A stretch of 64,000 bases of DNA from the human T2T-CHM13v2.0 reference genome, Homo sapiens: assembly GCF_009914755.1 (NCBI RefSeq), contig NC_060930.1, one strand, 5' to 3'. A program made the translations under genes and the position numbers. Under the pieces are notes generated by a model. The model did not search any database, was not told the DNA's origin, and was given only the letters and a program-made list of their open reading frames with translations. Shown here in pieces: positions 12,840-27,456 of this stretch. Numbering within the stretch: position 1 is the stretch's first letter; each line of letters begins with the position of its first letter.

Positions 12840-13595
12840 ATGTGTGCCAAATGAAACTGTGATGACCTCTACACAAGACAGTCTGGCTATGAAATCATGT
12901 AATGGGGAGATATGACCTCATCAGGAAGGTGAGAAAGTCTCTGAAAAAGTGATGTCTGAGCTGTGACCTGAAGAATGAAAGAGAGTTATTAGGAAGATCA
13001 TTTCAGGCAAAATAAACCACTTGTGCAAAGGACCTAGAAGAGGGCCAAGTACAATGAATAAAAGAGACTGAAAGTTTGGCTGCAGAGGAGAAAATGGGGA
13101 AGATGACAATGGAGATCAAAGAAGTAAACAGACCAAGCAGGACTTGCAGGCAAAGATAAACAGTTTTGTCTTTATCTTAAATGTTATAGTTAAACACAGA
13201 AAAGATTTAAGCTGAATGAGATGAAGGTTGCTATCATAAGTCAGATTTTCATTCTGGCAAATAACTCTGGCCACAATGTATAAAACATATGAGTGATAGG
13301 GTGGTAAGCAAAATAGGTATGGGAGACCAGGAAGATAGTAGCTGTGGCAGTCAATAGAGGAAAAATGTTTTTAATTATAGTAATAGATGATGGAGGTGAT
13401 GTGAAGCAGCCAATCAAGACCTATATAGGAGGTAAAAACAGCAAAATTGGTGATGCATAACATATACAAGAGACAGGTATCCAGAATATACAACTATATT
13501 TCTTGTTACTACACCCAAATATATAGCAGTGCCATTCCCTGAGCCATGGTACACTGGATGAAGATCAAGGCTGGGAAAAAGATGAGTTCAAGTTC
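12840..13595 (-). mobile_element. L2 relic
   Basis: GTGATGTCTGAGCTGTGACCTGAAGAATGA...TGTGCAAAGGACCTAGAAG...GATGAGTTCAAG typical of antisense L2. Confidence 0.7.
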
Positions 13596-15639
13596 TTCAA
13601 TGTAAACAGCAGAATCCACTGTATCACTTTCAGCAAAAACAACCAGAAAAAAGTATTAAAGAACATTAGGAAGCCCAAATAATAACTCAAGTATATCCAC
13701 CAGTGGAGACCTACTGCTGGGTGCAGACAACATTCTCCCAACACTCAGGCTAGGTCCTGTGCTTTGCTGCCCCTGGAAGTCTATGCTTCCCCTCTCTGCA
13801 GAAGGAAATCTTTATGCTGCCTCCTCTTACTCAATAGCTTCCTAATCAATGTTCTTATAGGTATTCTGAATTGTGATTTGGTCACCTGTTGATGTCCTAG
13901 TTAAGGATGGCTGAAAAGGTGAGTGTTTTACTTCTTTCTGGGGCTATAAAAACTCATAAGGCAAGAGATTCACCAAATATAGGAAAAACTGCCGTAAACA
14001 AAAACAACAAATACTATCTAAAGAAGGGGAGGCATTAATTTTGTTGAGACATCCCAGCAAAGATGCTACAAACATATTTGTAAATCATCTACATATGCAT
14101 TTACACATATAAATCCCATAATGCTATTATGTTTTTTGCTTTTGAAAAGTTTTCAAAAAAATCTTAAATATTTTATAAATAAAATATAAGAGTCAATTTA
14201 CTTTATCAAAATAATGCTGCTCTGTATTTTATTATGGAGCATGGAATGTAGCAATCTGATTACAAACCTTTTTTCAGTAAAATACTACAGAGGACAAGGG
14301 AAATAAAATTCATTCTAAGCTTCTAACTTACACAGCTAACTTTTAAAATTAATAAATTTTCTTATTTTTTACCAATATGTTATTTCAATAGTGATTAACA
14401 ATTTGGGTGACTTCCAGGAACCCACAACAGACTCTATCGGCAGTTAAATTAAAGCCATTTAATCTTGCACTAACAAGCCCATGTAACTAATTCAGGTATC
14501 TGAAGCATATTCACCTCTTGACCCTCACTAAACACATCTTGAATCTGAGTAGCCATCTACTAATGTATTTTTCCCAAATATAAGACCAAAATTCCCCTTT
14601 GAGTGTGTTATATATTTATCCTGATCAGCATTCAATTCAAAAGACAATGTGTTTGGGGTAAGAAAAAACTGACAAGCTGCTACAACACACATATGTATCT
14701 GGAGAGGCAAAATTGCAACTAATTGTGATTGAAACACAATCATAATTTTCCTCCCCACGGTAGCTTTGGCAAAAATTGCTTCCTGGAACACAGAAAAAAA
14801 AATATCCTTCTGTACCTAAGAAAATGAACATAAGTAAATAAATGAGAGTCTAACAAGTAAGCTCATGGTGACAAATTGCTGCAGATAAACTTTCTGCCAG
14901 GCTTCCAGAAACAGCTTGACCCTAAGGACTTATTTAGACTTAGAAAAGGTCCCACAAGGGACATCAATAATACCACAGGACATCTGATTCTTCTTTTATA
15001 GGTAGCTGTAGTCCCACAACCAAGTTTCTTAGGGTGAGTAAGAGAGGTAGTTTTGGCCACTGTTCTAGTTGCCCAGAATCAATATTTGGACTAAAATCCA
15101 AAGGTCAGAATTGCTACCATCACCCCACCCCCATCCAAAATAAAACCAGTAAAAGAGAGTGGTGGTGAAAGAGGGTCAAGCTGTTAAGGAGCTAAGCAAA
15201 AAGAAGACGCAGAAATCTAAGGATCTGATTCTTAGACAAACTAAAAAGATTTATTGAGAACTTCAAGAAGCATTGGAGTCCTCCAGTGGCTAAAACAGCC
15301 TCCTAAAATAAGTCACTTTGTCTAAGTGTAAACCATTTCTTGGATCTCTATCAAATTTTTAAAAATAGCTAAGAGTTCACTGGTTCAAACTCTCAGAATA
15401 TAACCATATGGCCCACAGCATAAACATGGCAACCAGACAGGGCTTCAAGACTTTCTCTGTTGATGAACATTTCTTTCAGACACCAGTCTCAGTAAACTGA
15501 TTTCCTTATGGAATCCCCCCATTCTAGCAGACCCAGCAACTGGGTAAGCTTTAACAACCTCTAAATGTACAAGAAAGCATGCTCTGTTAATTCACTATGG
15601 GCATGAAAGAGTTTAGAGTTTAAGGGTAAACTCCTAATT

Positions 15640-16498
15640 CAATGTTTCTCAAACATGAGTAAAATCCCAAGCTTTGAAAAAGAAAACTTTCTCACAGACC
15701 TCAGTGTTAAGTTGAACTCTGCACAGATAAATATCTGAGTATTAACATACCATAAGTTTACTCATACAACACATGTATAAAATCAATACAGTTTAAATTA
15801 ACATCCTTTGTTATTTAATATAAAATGATGCTTTGTGGAACCAAAAATGCAAATAGATTTAAGAGTGGCAAATAGGTACTTCTTTGTTTTATATTTTACA
15901 TTTCACTTTTAGGTTTGATTCTTTTGGTTTTGATCATAATGAAACATCATTTGAGTTAATGTCATCATAATTTTTGTTATTTTTCTTTAATATTAACTTT
16001 TAGCCACTGATCCACGCTTTTGATAGACTAATAGATTTAATAGTACATTCCAAAATAACAGGAAAAGTTTAAATCTGCTTTAATAAAAACAGTTCTCTGT
16101 TTTACTATATTTATTGTTAGTAAACTTTTCCAAGTTAATATGTACAAAATCAGGAACTGCACAATATCTGTGCTTTAAAAACATCAATATGATGTCAGCT
16201 AGTATCTCACAGCTTATTATAAATTTTGCATGCTTATGGTATGTGTTATTTGCCACATTTGATTTTTTTTCTATATGTACTCTAAAATGTGATACAGTTC
16301 ACCCTTTCACTTAGCAGATGTAACATAAACACAAATGCAAATAATGCCTCTGAATTATTTCTCAATGATTAATAAATAATTATCTTAAGTATATGTATAT
16401 TAATTTTAGACTCAGAAAGTTAAAAATATGTAATTTTTTCAAAAAGCCTCATGTAACTCAGATAATTCTGCATTCACATTGTAGTTTGAAAAGCATTT
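15640..16498. mobile_element. Possible degenerate hAT-Charlie element
   Basis: Begins CAATGTTTCTCAAAC and ends GTTTGAAAAGCATT, resembling Charlie TIRs; interior not verified. Confidence 0.4.
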
Positions 16499-17094
16499 CC
16501 TTCACTCACTTAGTAATAAACTCAGACTCAAACAGAATTTGTCACACACAATACCAATAACTGTAGATTAAGAAAAGACTAAGTCCAAAAGGTACATTGG
16601 AATAAAATTATGTGTACACAGGCCTAAATTAATTTTTGTGAAAGAAAATCCATAATTTTAATTTTTCTGAAGAAAAACATTTTTTCAAAAAGATGCTTCA
16701 AGATATTTACCCCCTTGAAACATGTAAAGAACCATCACTTTATTTTCTATGCCTTTGTCTTTGCCTGCAGGTTTAGAACTTGATGCTAGGAAAGGCTTTC
16801 CTGCCATTAAAAAAGTAAAGTGAAAATTAAATAACTAATTGTATGATTCCTTTTCAAGTTGATTACCAGAAAGCTTAGTATCTCATTTAAGTTTCAACTA
16901 GAACAGCAACGTAGGCCTTACTGCCTGGAGAATACAGGTTTATTTGTCATGGACTTGATTTTTAAATTATATTTGCATTCCTACAGCTCAAGAGTCATTT
17001 TTCCTTATTTCTCTTTGCTATGTGGCCAATTATCTTAGTGATAAGTAACTTCAAATTATTTACATAACAATGGAAGGCATAAGAAGGTATATAC

Positions 17095-17409
17095 GGCCAG
17101 TCGCAGTGGCTCACGCCTGTAATCCCAGCACTTTAGGAGGCCAAGGCTGGCGGATCACCTGAGGTCAGGAGTTCGAGACCAGCCTGGACAACATGATGAA
17201 ACCCCGTTTTTACTAAAAATACAAAAATTAGCTGGGTGTGGTGGCACATGCTGGTAATCCCAGCTACTCAGGAGGCTGGGGCAGAAGAATCGTCTGAGCC
17301 CGGGAGGCGGAGGTTGCAGTGAGCCGAGATCTCACCACTGCACTCAAGCCTGGGTGACAGAGTGAGACTCCATCTCAAACAAAAAAAGAGAAGAGAAGAG
17401 AAGAGAAAA
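17095..17409 (+). mobile_element. AluSx-like with (AAGAG)n tail
   Basis: Full dimer with GGATCACCTGAGGTCAGGAGTTCGAGACC. Confidence 0.95.
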
Positions 17410-17928
17410 TAGATCCTAGGTTTCAGCACACACACAAAAAAATTTTTAAGTTATAGAAATTAAATAATAATTAGTAACATGAAGGCAGCTTCTACTTGTT
17501 ACAAAGACCAAGGTTTCTATAAGTGCCTACTCTACCTCACCAAAGCCCCAAAAGCCAATTCTACAAAAAATTATGAATGGAGATGGTCAATTGTAATTGC
17601 CTACTAAGCCAGATCCAAGGAGGATTAAAGCCAGGTACTGGTTATTTATCTCAGTATTGAAGTATTTAAACTAAACACAGTTATGACAAAAAAAAAAAGG
17701 CTCATTATGTAGTTATACCTCTGTCCCATCACCACCCTGAATAGCAGTGTGCTGGATCTCTAATACATTTTCATAAATTATATAGAAGTGTATTGTAAAT
17801 TGATTCTCAGTTTTAAAACAAAATAAAATCTAAATTGTGAACAAAATTAAAATGGTAGAGCCAAGGGAAAAAGTATTATAAATTCAAAAGAAATATCTAC
17901 AAATTTTTTTTTCTAAAGAACAGATTTA

Positions 17929-18066
17929 AGCCATGCATAGTAGCACACACCTGTAGTCTCAGCTACTTAAGAGCCTGAGGTAGGAGGATCACTTGAGCCC
18001 AGGAGTTTGAATCCAGCCTGGGCAACATAGCAAGGCCTCATTTCTAAAAAAAAACAATTAAAAAAT
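17929..18066 (+). mobile_element. Free Alu monomer (FLAM_A-like)
   Basis: Single monomer plus A tail, flanked by a 15-bp TSD TAAAGAACAGATTTA (17914-17928) / TAAAGAACAGGTTTA (18067-18081). Confidence 0.88.
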
Positions 18067-18189
18067 TAAAGAACAGGTTTATTACAGAAAATTTTCAAAG
18101 AAGAAACTTTTTTGGGTGGGGTGGGTAGAGACTGCCTGAATTAAATCTTTCTTATTGTGAAAAAGTACAGCTACCAAAAACTGTATTAG

Positions 18190-18654
<465 letters not shown>

Positions 18655-19019
18655 TCAATATTTTCATCATTAATAAGAGTATCACAAGGCTTTCTAGCAT
18701 TTAAAGACAAAAAATAAAATAAAGAACTAGAATATGAATGCATTTAAATAAAAAAAATTCTTAAAGGTTAACTCTATAGCACAGTTAAAGTTCTATTAAC
18801 AAACTCCATTCAAATGAGGAATTTAAATAGAAAGTCAGCTGTTAAATGCTTTATCCAAAAACATTTCATAAATTACGTGAAACAGAGTTGTTTGCATTTT
18901 TAGCTGCTTGACAAAATATACAAAGCCAAAGTCCTTATATCTCCCAAGTCCAGCTGAAATAAACACGACAGATCTTAAGCTAAGAAACATCTGCAATTTT
19001 GTATGTTTTTCTAAGCCTA

Positions 19020-19180
19020 TAGCTAAGAGAGTGAACTCTGGGGTCAGATCAACCTTGGTTCAAATCCTGGCATCAGAACTTATAAGTTAAGTGATTTTCG
19101 TAACACTTCCCTCTTTATAGACTTGGGCTCTTTATTTGTAAAAGAGAGATAATACTATCTGCCTTATAGGAATGTTGGGG
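19020..19180 (+). mobile_element. MIR
   Basis: GAACTCTGGGGTCAGA...GGTTCAAATCCTGG...TTTGTAAAAGAGAGATAATACTATCTGCCTTATAGG. Confidence 0.7.
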
Positions 19181-19656
19181 CCATACATAGAACATGTTTA
19201 TTCTATCAAGTGTTCCAAGCATTTGATAGAACGTGCTTTGGCTTCTAGTATCTCAGCAATACTGCCTTGGTCTTCTCACCCAAAACGAAGCTAAACTTCC
19301 TCACATGGATTCTCTATTCTAAATGGGTAAATGACTATATCCTGATCAACAGCACCAAGGTGAATATGTTTCTTATGCCATCCTCTCACCATCCACTTAA
19401 TACTGCTCCCACTCTCAGAAACCCTCCCATCACCATTTAGTAAATGAAATCACACTCATCTTTTAAAGGTCAACTCAAGTTACATCAGGATTCTTATGCT
19501 GAATTCGCTAACAATTGGAGATCTGTGTTTATCAAAATAATGTAAAACATAAGATGATACCCTATAACGTACAATCAGGCTGTATGCAGCCTGATTCAAC
19601 AAAATTAGACTATGATTATTCAGTCTTTTATCCACCCCCTCCAATCACTCCTCGTG

Positions 19657-19939
19657 ATTTTTTTTTTAAAGGTCTCCCTCTGTTGTCCTGGCAGATCATG
19701 GCGATCATGGCTCACTGCAGCCCTGACCTCCCAGGTTCAGGTGATCCTCCCAACTCAGTCTCCCAAGTAGCTGGGACTATAGGCACACACCATCAAACTG
19801 ACAAATTTTTTTGTATTTTTGGAAAAGATGGGGTTTTGTCATTTGCCCAGGCTGGTTTGGAACTCCTAGGCTAAAGTCATCTGCCTGCCTCAGCCTCCCA
19901 AAGTGCTGAGACTACAGGCATGAGCCACTGTGCCTGGCC
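19657..19939 (-). mobile_element. AluJ
   Basis: Antisense dimer with J diagnostics (ATCATGGCTCACTGCAGCC, GATCCTCCC) and a small local duplication GATCATGGC x2. Confidence 0.9.
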
Positions 19940-21859
19940 CACCCCTCACTTCTAAAGAGGACTTTTGTCTGCACTGCTCAGCTTTTGTTGGTACCTCTGT
20001 AGACAGAAGAAAAAATGGTGGGAAATTTTTTAATTAATCTAGAGAAAACAATTTGATTATATGATAAAGGGTAAAAAGTTACCTGGGGAACAGAAGAAAA
20101 TTATCCTGAATGTAGGAGAATGGGGGGGGAAAGTAGGTCTCAGTATAAGCCAGGTGATTTTTTTTTTTTTTTGGTGGAGATGCACAAAAATCAGAGTAAC
20201 TACTATGTGATGTAGGACTTTAAGAAGTCAGAGAGAGTTCTTTCTAAGCAAGTTTTTCCACTTATATATCATACATACATTCAAACATAAATTCATAGAT
20301 ACATGTATTCATACACATACATCTGAGGGAGTCTTCAGTGAATGCTATTTTAAGCACTTTTTAATATGGAATATATATCTTTTTTTTGGTTTGACACCAA
20401 AGAGAATTACACATTTAGATACAGGCAAAAAGATGCACTTTTGTTCCCACTACATATATTAAACAAAATCTCTGAGAGTGGCATAATGTAAGTATCAAAT
20501 AAACAGTAGCTGCTCTCATCCTGTCATCTGTTTAATTATTCTGAGTATGTTCACGATCTCCTCAAGAAGACAAGTCATCTTGCTGATGGCAATACCCTGT
20601 ACTACTTCAAACCACAGCATCTAGCATTGTACTAAAGACGGGGTCAGGGATCAATAAGTATCGGCTAATTGAATCACTGACATTTGAGAAAAGCCCAACA
20701 TCTGAGAAACAAATAATTAGGTTATGATGCGAAGCTTAGCTTCAGGAGAAGCAAGAATGTTTTTCAATTTATTTCTCCTCCAATGCAGTCCAGAATTCCT
20801 CTTCAGTACATAACTCAGGCTGGAGAGATAATATATGTGCTAATCACCATACAAGGAGAATATATACTACATGCATTTGTATCCCTTCTCACTGATACAT
20901 CTGGTTTCCCATTAAGGTGTTTAATGAAACCTTACCTGTTATACCAAAGGCTGTGAGATAATGAATCTAAATGTATAAGCCTTATTTCCATTAAAATTAA
21001 ATATGTCTAATCCTCAAAATAGAAGCACTCAATCTTCGTTAACTACAAAGGAAAGTGGTAGGTGTTTTTTCTTAATACCTCTTGTATCCATTTTTTAAGT
21101 TATATTGTAAAAGGTATATATTTCAGGCTGTAAATGTCTTATTTATCTTGCAAGAAAGAAACTCCTTTCACCTTGGTATAGAGTTGCTTTCTGAAAAAAT
21201 TTCCAATGAATAACAATCAGAAGCAGGAAAGAAAAGAAGGATACAAGGATATTATATTACTGATGTCTTCCCTGCCATGCTCTGAGTGGCCACAATCTCA
21301 TAGAATTCTATGATTTTTAGGGACCTGGGAGATCATTTGATTGTGCCATATATTTTATAGATTAAAAATCTGAAAATCATAGAATTTAAGTGACATGTAG
21401 AAAAAATATTAATATTCAAAGAAGGTAAATTTAAAGAAGGAAACAGATAAAGATGAAAATAGAGAAGCAGTCTTTTTTGTGTGATCTTAAGTAATCCTGT
21501 CATTTTTAAAAGTTGAAGTTTTCTATGGTATGATAAAATTTTTCTATAGTATAATATATAGCCAATTTTCTATAGTATGATAAAACTTTACTAATAGTCT
21601 GATATAAAGTCCCAATCTAAAATATTTTATATATTACATGAAATAGAATTGCTTTATTTTTTAGTTGCCTAACAAATTAATCCAGTGAAAATTCTATTTC
21701 TCTCAGTAAACAGACAGATCTTAAAGAAAGATAAAACATTTATACAGCCTGTAAATGTTCCCTTCAATACAAATGGAGTAAGACCAAACCAGTTTAATTA
21801 CTGGAACCTTCCTTGTCAAATGTGCACTCTTGAACAAATTGTTTCCCCTTTCTGGAAGA

Positions 21860-21990
21860 AAGCCCCTTCATCTGTCAAACAGAGATAATACAGCCTGCCT
21901 CATAGGATTACCGTGAGGAATATATTGGAAAACATCAGCAAAGCACTAAACATAAGGCTTGACACATAGGAAGTCTACAACAAATGACAA
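21860..21990 (+). mobile_element. MIR 3' part
   Basis: CATCTGTCAAACAGAGATAATAC...CTCATAGGATTACCGTGAGGA...GACACATAGGAAG. Confidence 0.7.
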
Positions 21991-24900
21991 TCTCATGCTT
22001 GCTATCCCTATAAAAATAGGAAAGGAATGAAAACATTAATTTACATGCAACAAAAGTCTGATCTTAAGTGACAATACTTTAACTGATTAAAATGCTAAAA
22101 ACACTAAGATTTGCCTGTTTACTGAGAGACATGGAATCTGCATTGTATTGACAGCAAAAGAAAAGGAAAACCATTCTATTTCATATAGTATATAAAATGC
22201 TTTGGATTGAGATCCTGCACCAGTAAATAAAGCTCCTAATAAATGAATAATATAATGTTATCTCACTGGAAACAATAATACAAATTTCTATTTTAACCTT
22301 GATCTCTGACTGCAAAAGAAATCTGTGTGATTCACCAGCAAGCTTGATGGGATCAGAGGGAACAAGGGGAAGACAAGTGAGAAGAGGGGCCTTGTAAACA
22401 TGCTGACTCAGGGAACTTCTATCCCTTTATGACCGTGAGAATGATATTATCATAGGACTATTTATACCTTCTCTCTTATCATACGGCATCACAAAAATCC
22501 TGCTAATTCAGGCAACTGAAAGAACTGACTAAATTAATTGCAGGACCTTAGGGTCCTCTAAACTTGCAGAAACTGGAGATGAATTTACCGTGAAGAAGGG
22601 TCAATGTGATATGTTGATTTTTTTTCATTTGTTTGTTTATATGTTTTTAAGAAGCAGGAAAGTCAAACCTATACCAGGGACCTTTATGGTTTTCATTTAA
22701 ACTGTAAAAGTCCCCATGTGAGTATGTGTATGAGGGGAAGGGGACAGTAGATAAATACACGGTAAAGCAATCTCATCTGTCAGATCTTTTTTAAGCTCAC
22801 TTACTGTTTTTCCTCGTGTAAAACATGGTTTTAAAAGAGAGAAATACATTAATATCCAACCCACTACAAACTGAGCTACTAAGTTACATTATCAGGAAAT
22901 AAACTTTTTAAGAAATCTAAAAATTTCCCACATTTTATTTATTTATAACACTCCGATCTCTACGTTGTAATTAAAATTTAAAAGTGCAACCATCATAATA
23001 TTCCATAAAATAGCAACATTAATACGTCGATTTTATTTTTGTTCATAAAGTTTATTCTAAGTTCTTGAAATCTTGCTTTATCAGAAATACAATACCTATG
23101 GGAATTAGACTATGTCAGTTACCCCAAGGATATGACAAAAAAAGTTAAGATATGGCTTTCAAGTACAGATCATCTATTGTAGCTTTGACACAACACATAT
23201 ACTTTTATAAAAAGCTGTGGAGAATAAAAATATTCAAGAGTCATTATAGCATTATTATTACAGAAACATGAAATGAGGCTACATTATTTCCAAGTACATA
23301 CTTATTTATATAAAACACAAATAAATTTTCCAATTAATCAATTCAGTATATGAAAGAACGCAATATTAAGAAACAAATCTGATTAAGCAAAGACCCAAAA
23401 TGTAAAATTCTGCCAAAAAGAAGCTATTTTAGTCAAATCCAGATGGAGACTACTAGATGAAGTTTTGAACTCAGTATCCACCATCTCTAGTCCAATAAAA
23501 AAGTGTCTTTCACTTGCAAATAAAATGGTTGTTAGATATATTAAAATAATTTCTTTTCATTATATTAACATAACAAAAACCCTTCCCCAAATCTTTAAAA
23601 TATATTTGTACTTAAAAACTATGTTTATTGTATTTTATTCATGGTGAATATTAAAGCCATAAGTTTACAAAAAATTTCTGTAAGAATGACAATCCGTTTC
23701 CTTTTGTAAACTGAAATATTTTAGTTTGTTAACAAATGTATGATCGATTTTTATTTTTCCCTATTTCCATTCTTTGAGAAGTTTTACTGGAAATATAATC
23801 CAATATAATGGTCGAATTGAAGAGAATTACTTTTCAGTTACTTATTAAGTATTTTTAGCTATTTCTTTAATAAGATATGTATGAAAACCTGAAAGCTCTA
23901 TAACAATTTGTTTAACTTCTAAATTGGAGGTGGAGTAAATCAAACTTCCTGTTGAACACTGATAAGAAAAATAATCACTAATTTGGCTACTGATGAATAA
24001 AAATATGTAGGCACCACAGCATAGAAATGACTGTGTCCTTATTAAATAAGAAAGCGAATAAAAATCCACCTATCTAAGAATGTTAGTAATTGCTAAGGGC
24101 TTTTGCAAACAGAGATTTCCATACTATACTTGCCCTCCCTTATTCCACATAAGAAGGCAATTACCAGAAAAGAAAGAAATGAAGGTAAAATCATGAAAAG
24201 AAGTATGAATAAGGCATAAGACAAAATTCCCAAGAGAAACCTAAAGAACTCAAATCTGATGTCCAGAAACATGAACAACACTTCACTGTCAACCTAGAGC
24301 AATGGAAAATAAACTATAGCAAACCTAAAATCATGGAGTGTTACCATTCCTCACACCTCTTCTGCATATTCATTTAATCAAGTGTAAGCAGGAAATAAAA
24401 CACTGAAATATATTTGCCCATAAATATTCCCTAGTAGATTTTTTTCAAGAACTAAATCTCCCTGGATAGTGGTTTATAATTGAATGTACAATTGCAGATG
24501 AATGAGAGATTATATCAACAGGAAAATACAGAAATTCATTGTAGTTTAATGCTTTCATGATCTCTGCCTTATCTTCTCTTTTATTGTACCAAATATAAAT
24601 AATTGAACAAATGAAATGTGAGGTGAGAGGTGCCCACTGCAATATTTTAGGTAAAGAGCTGCTGCTGTTTTACCACCTTAGTTAAAAAACAAGCCAGCAT
24701 ATCCTCAGAAGCTGATTCTGTTATAAGGGAGAGAAAGACAGAAACATATTCACACCGTTCAAAAAAAAAAGAATAAAAAAATCATTGTGTCATAGGCTTT
24801 ATTTGTAAAATACATGAAAAATTTTGATGAAAAGAAGTGCTGTTGAAAGGGTATAGGCGTTATAGTCTATTTGTTCTGTTTTACTTGGGTAATAAGGAAA

Positions 24901-24991
24901 TTTTAAGCATTTAAAATCTATTTAAGCATTGGGATTTGGGTAAGGTTGCCAACTGTGGAAACTCTTTAATGATTATAGGAGACTTATGGGT

Positions 24992-25129
24992 CAGGTGACC
25001 ACATAAGTCTTCCTCCAAAGCAAAACACAGAGTTTTGCACAGAGAAACAGGGCACTATTAATAAATATTCCCAGGCTACAGGTATGAACCATTACTGTCC
25101 CGGGAAGAATAGCACATATGGGCAATCCA
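24992..25129 (+). mobile_element. MER94-like hAT-Blackjack MITE
   Basis: GGTGACCACATAA...GGGCACTATTAATAA...ACTGTCCCGGG...ATATGGGCAATCC, about 135 bp. Confidence 0.65.
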
Positions 25130-25653
25130 CCCACTAGTTTTAGAATGTGGAGCAGCACTGAGAGGCAATCATGTACTAAGAAAACTATGTACTAAGTCCA
25201 TGTCTATGGACTGATACATGCATTCACTTGATGGGGATGGCAGAAGGGGAGAAATAAAAACTCCAAATAGCAGGATGGGAGCCAGAAATAACAGGCCAGA
25301 AAAAGGAGTTGGAGGATCAAAGACACTAGATTTTTACAGGGCACCCATGGGCTAGCTCACAGCAAGGTAGAAAGTATTAAAGGTAGCAATCAGGGTCAGA
25401 TATAAAAGTGTTCTTAATTTTAAAGCCTTCAGTGTTTTGTAAGAAGCAATCAGCAGGTATTATATATGTTGGAGTGCAAAAGTAGAAGTAGAGGAAGGTA
25501 ATTTTGTTAAAATTCAAGAACAGGAGACTTATCAACAGCATCAAATGCCCTTAAAGGAAAAAGGAAAAGAAAACAGAAGGTAGAGGCAGTGCACAGAAAG
25601 GTATTCATCAATCCAACGACCACTGATAGAATCCAGTAATGAGTATGCTAGAT

Positions 25654-25952
25654 CAAGGCTTCCAAACAGATGGATGAAAGGTGCAATCTGTCTCCAGAAA
25701 TGTTTTGTTTGACATGCACAGTGCTTTGTAAATATTTAAGCCAATGTTTTTAAAGAAAAATTCAACGTAACAATTGGTATTTCTAGTTACTCTAGAATAA
25801 CTTAAAGTAATGCAAACACTGGGCCTATACGTCCATGAGGCCAAAATATGTGGGATTTGAACACAATTTAATATTTACTCTTAAAATGAAAAGTTATCAC
25901 CAAGCAAGCTTATATTACCTGTTAGCTAGTAGAGCTTTCAATGTGCAAACCA
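25654..25952 (+). mobile_element. MER102-like hAT-Charlie element
   Basis: ATGTTTTGTTTGACATGCACAGTG...AACACTGGGCC...ATATTACCTG resemble MER102. Confidence 0.6.
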
Positions 25953-27096
25953 TATTAACTCCTTTAGAGCCACTAAATTGAGTCTTTTATCTCCAGTTTA
26001 ATGTCATACTCTTAGCCCTCTAACCTAAAAGAAGCTAAGCAAAAAAAAAGAGTGACAAGTTTACTTCAACTCTTCTTCAATTTCTAAGCACCTCTACAAA
26101 CAAGTATGTCTGATACTTCGCTAGGTGCTGATGAATCATAAAAGTGAGGCAAAGCCTGAAATTAGCCAGGAATCTAAAAGAGACAGCCCTGAGTCTACAG
26201 ATGAAACATGACTCATTCAGTCTTGGAGTTATAACTTCTACCATCTTCTACTCTTTGAAGAGCAAGGGCCTGATAAATGAGATTTTTAAACCTAATCTTA
26301 GCACTTTAAGTAAATAAAAGGTGGCATTACTGTGCCAAAATAAGCGGTGGTGATATAAACACGGGAAAAAGACATCTGTAAATCCACATCAACAGTATTC
26401 TTATTTTATAGAGGCAGAGAGGTTAGTGTGTACTATGTGGTAGAAAATGAACGCGAATTTAAACAGGACATGTTCAGACAAAAAGGAGAGAGAGAAAATC
26501 ATCACTATAATTCCTTAAATATCTGAAGGAACATTTGATAGATAACTGAAAAGTTTGTTAAAGAACTTCAGCCTCAAAAATAAAGAAAAAATATCATAAA
26601 ATACAGATCATCAGTTTCTCATGTAATTTTCACAAGTAAATTGATTAAATGAATGTTCCTGGTAGCTCATTTTCTCACCTAGTTCTTCCTTAAAATGTAC
26701 CCCAGAGTTTAAAATTCCCCTTCTTAAAATTAGAATTTACCAGTCTGAACTCCCAAAACCCTAAGGGCAAAAACTTTCAAACATTTTGTTCATGGAGAAT
26801 CTTTTCAAAAATGAAATCGTGCAATGAAACTTACATGAAACAAATAAAAGCTAAATATCATAGTCAAAATGACAAAGGGTCTCCTTGCAGTCCACTCCAG
26901 CCTGCCAGGAACACTGTAGTAGGGGCTTAGAGAGATGGGGTCAAGGTCTGGTTGGATGTTGAAAGAGGGAATCAGATTTCTGGGGTCCAGATCATCCATC
27001 TCAATTTTCTTCAATGTAGCTCAACTTCAGTCAGTTTTACATTTTTCTATTGGGCCTTCTGATTAGTATATAATCATTTGAAATATTCCATTAGTA

Positions 27097-27456
<360 letters not shown>

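Noticed and set aside
26805-27014. Protein-looking ORF MDDLDPRNLIPSFNIQPDLDPISLSPYY on -
   Set aside because: No polypyrimidine acceptor or convincing donor, and the peptide is not recognised.
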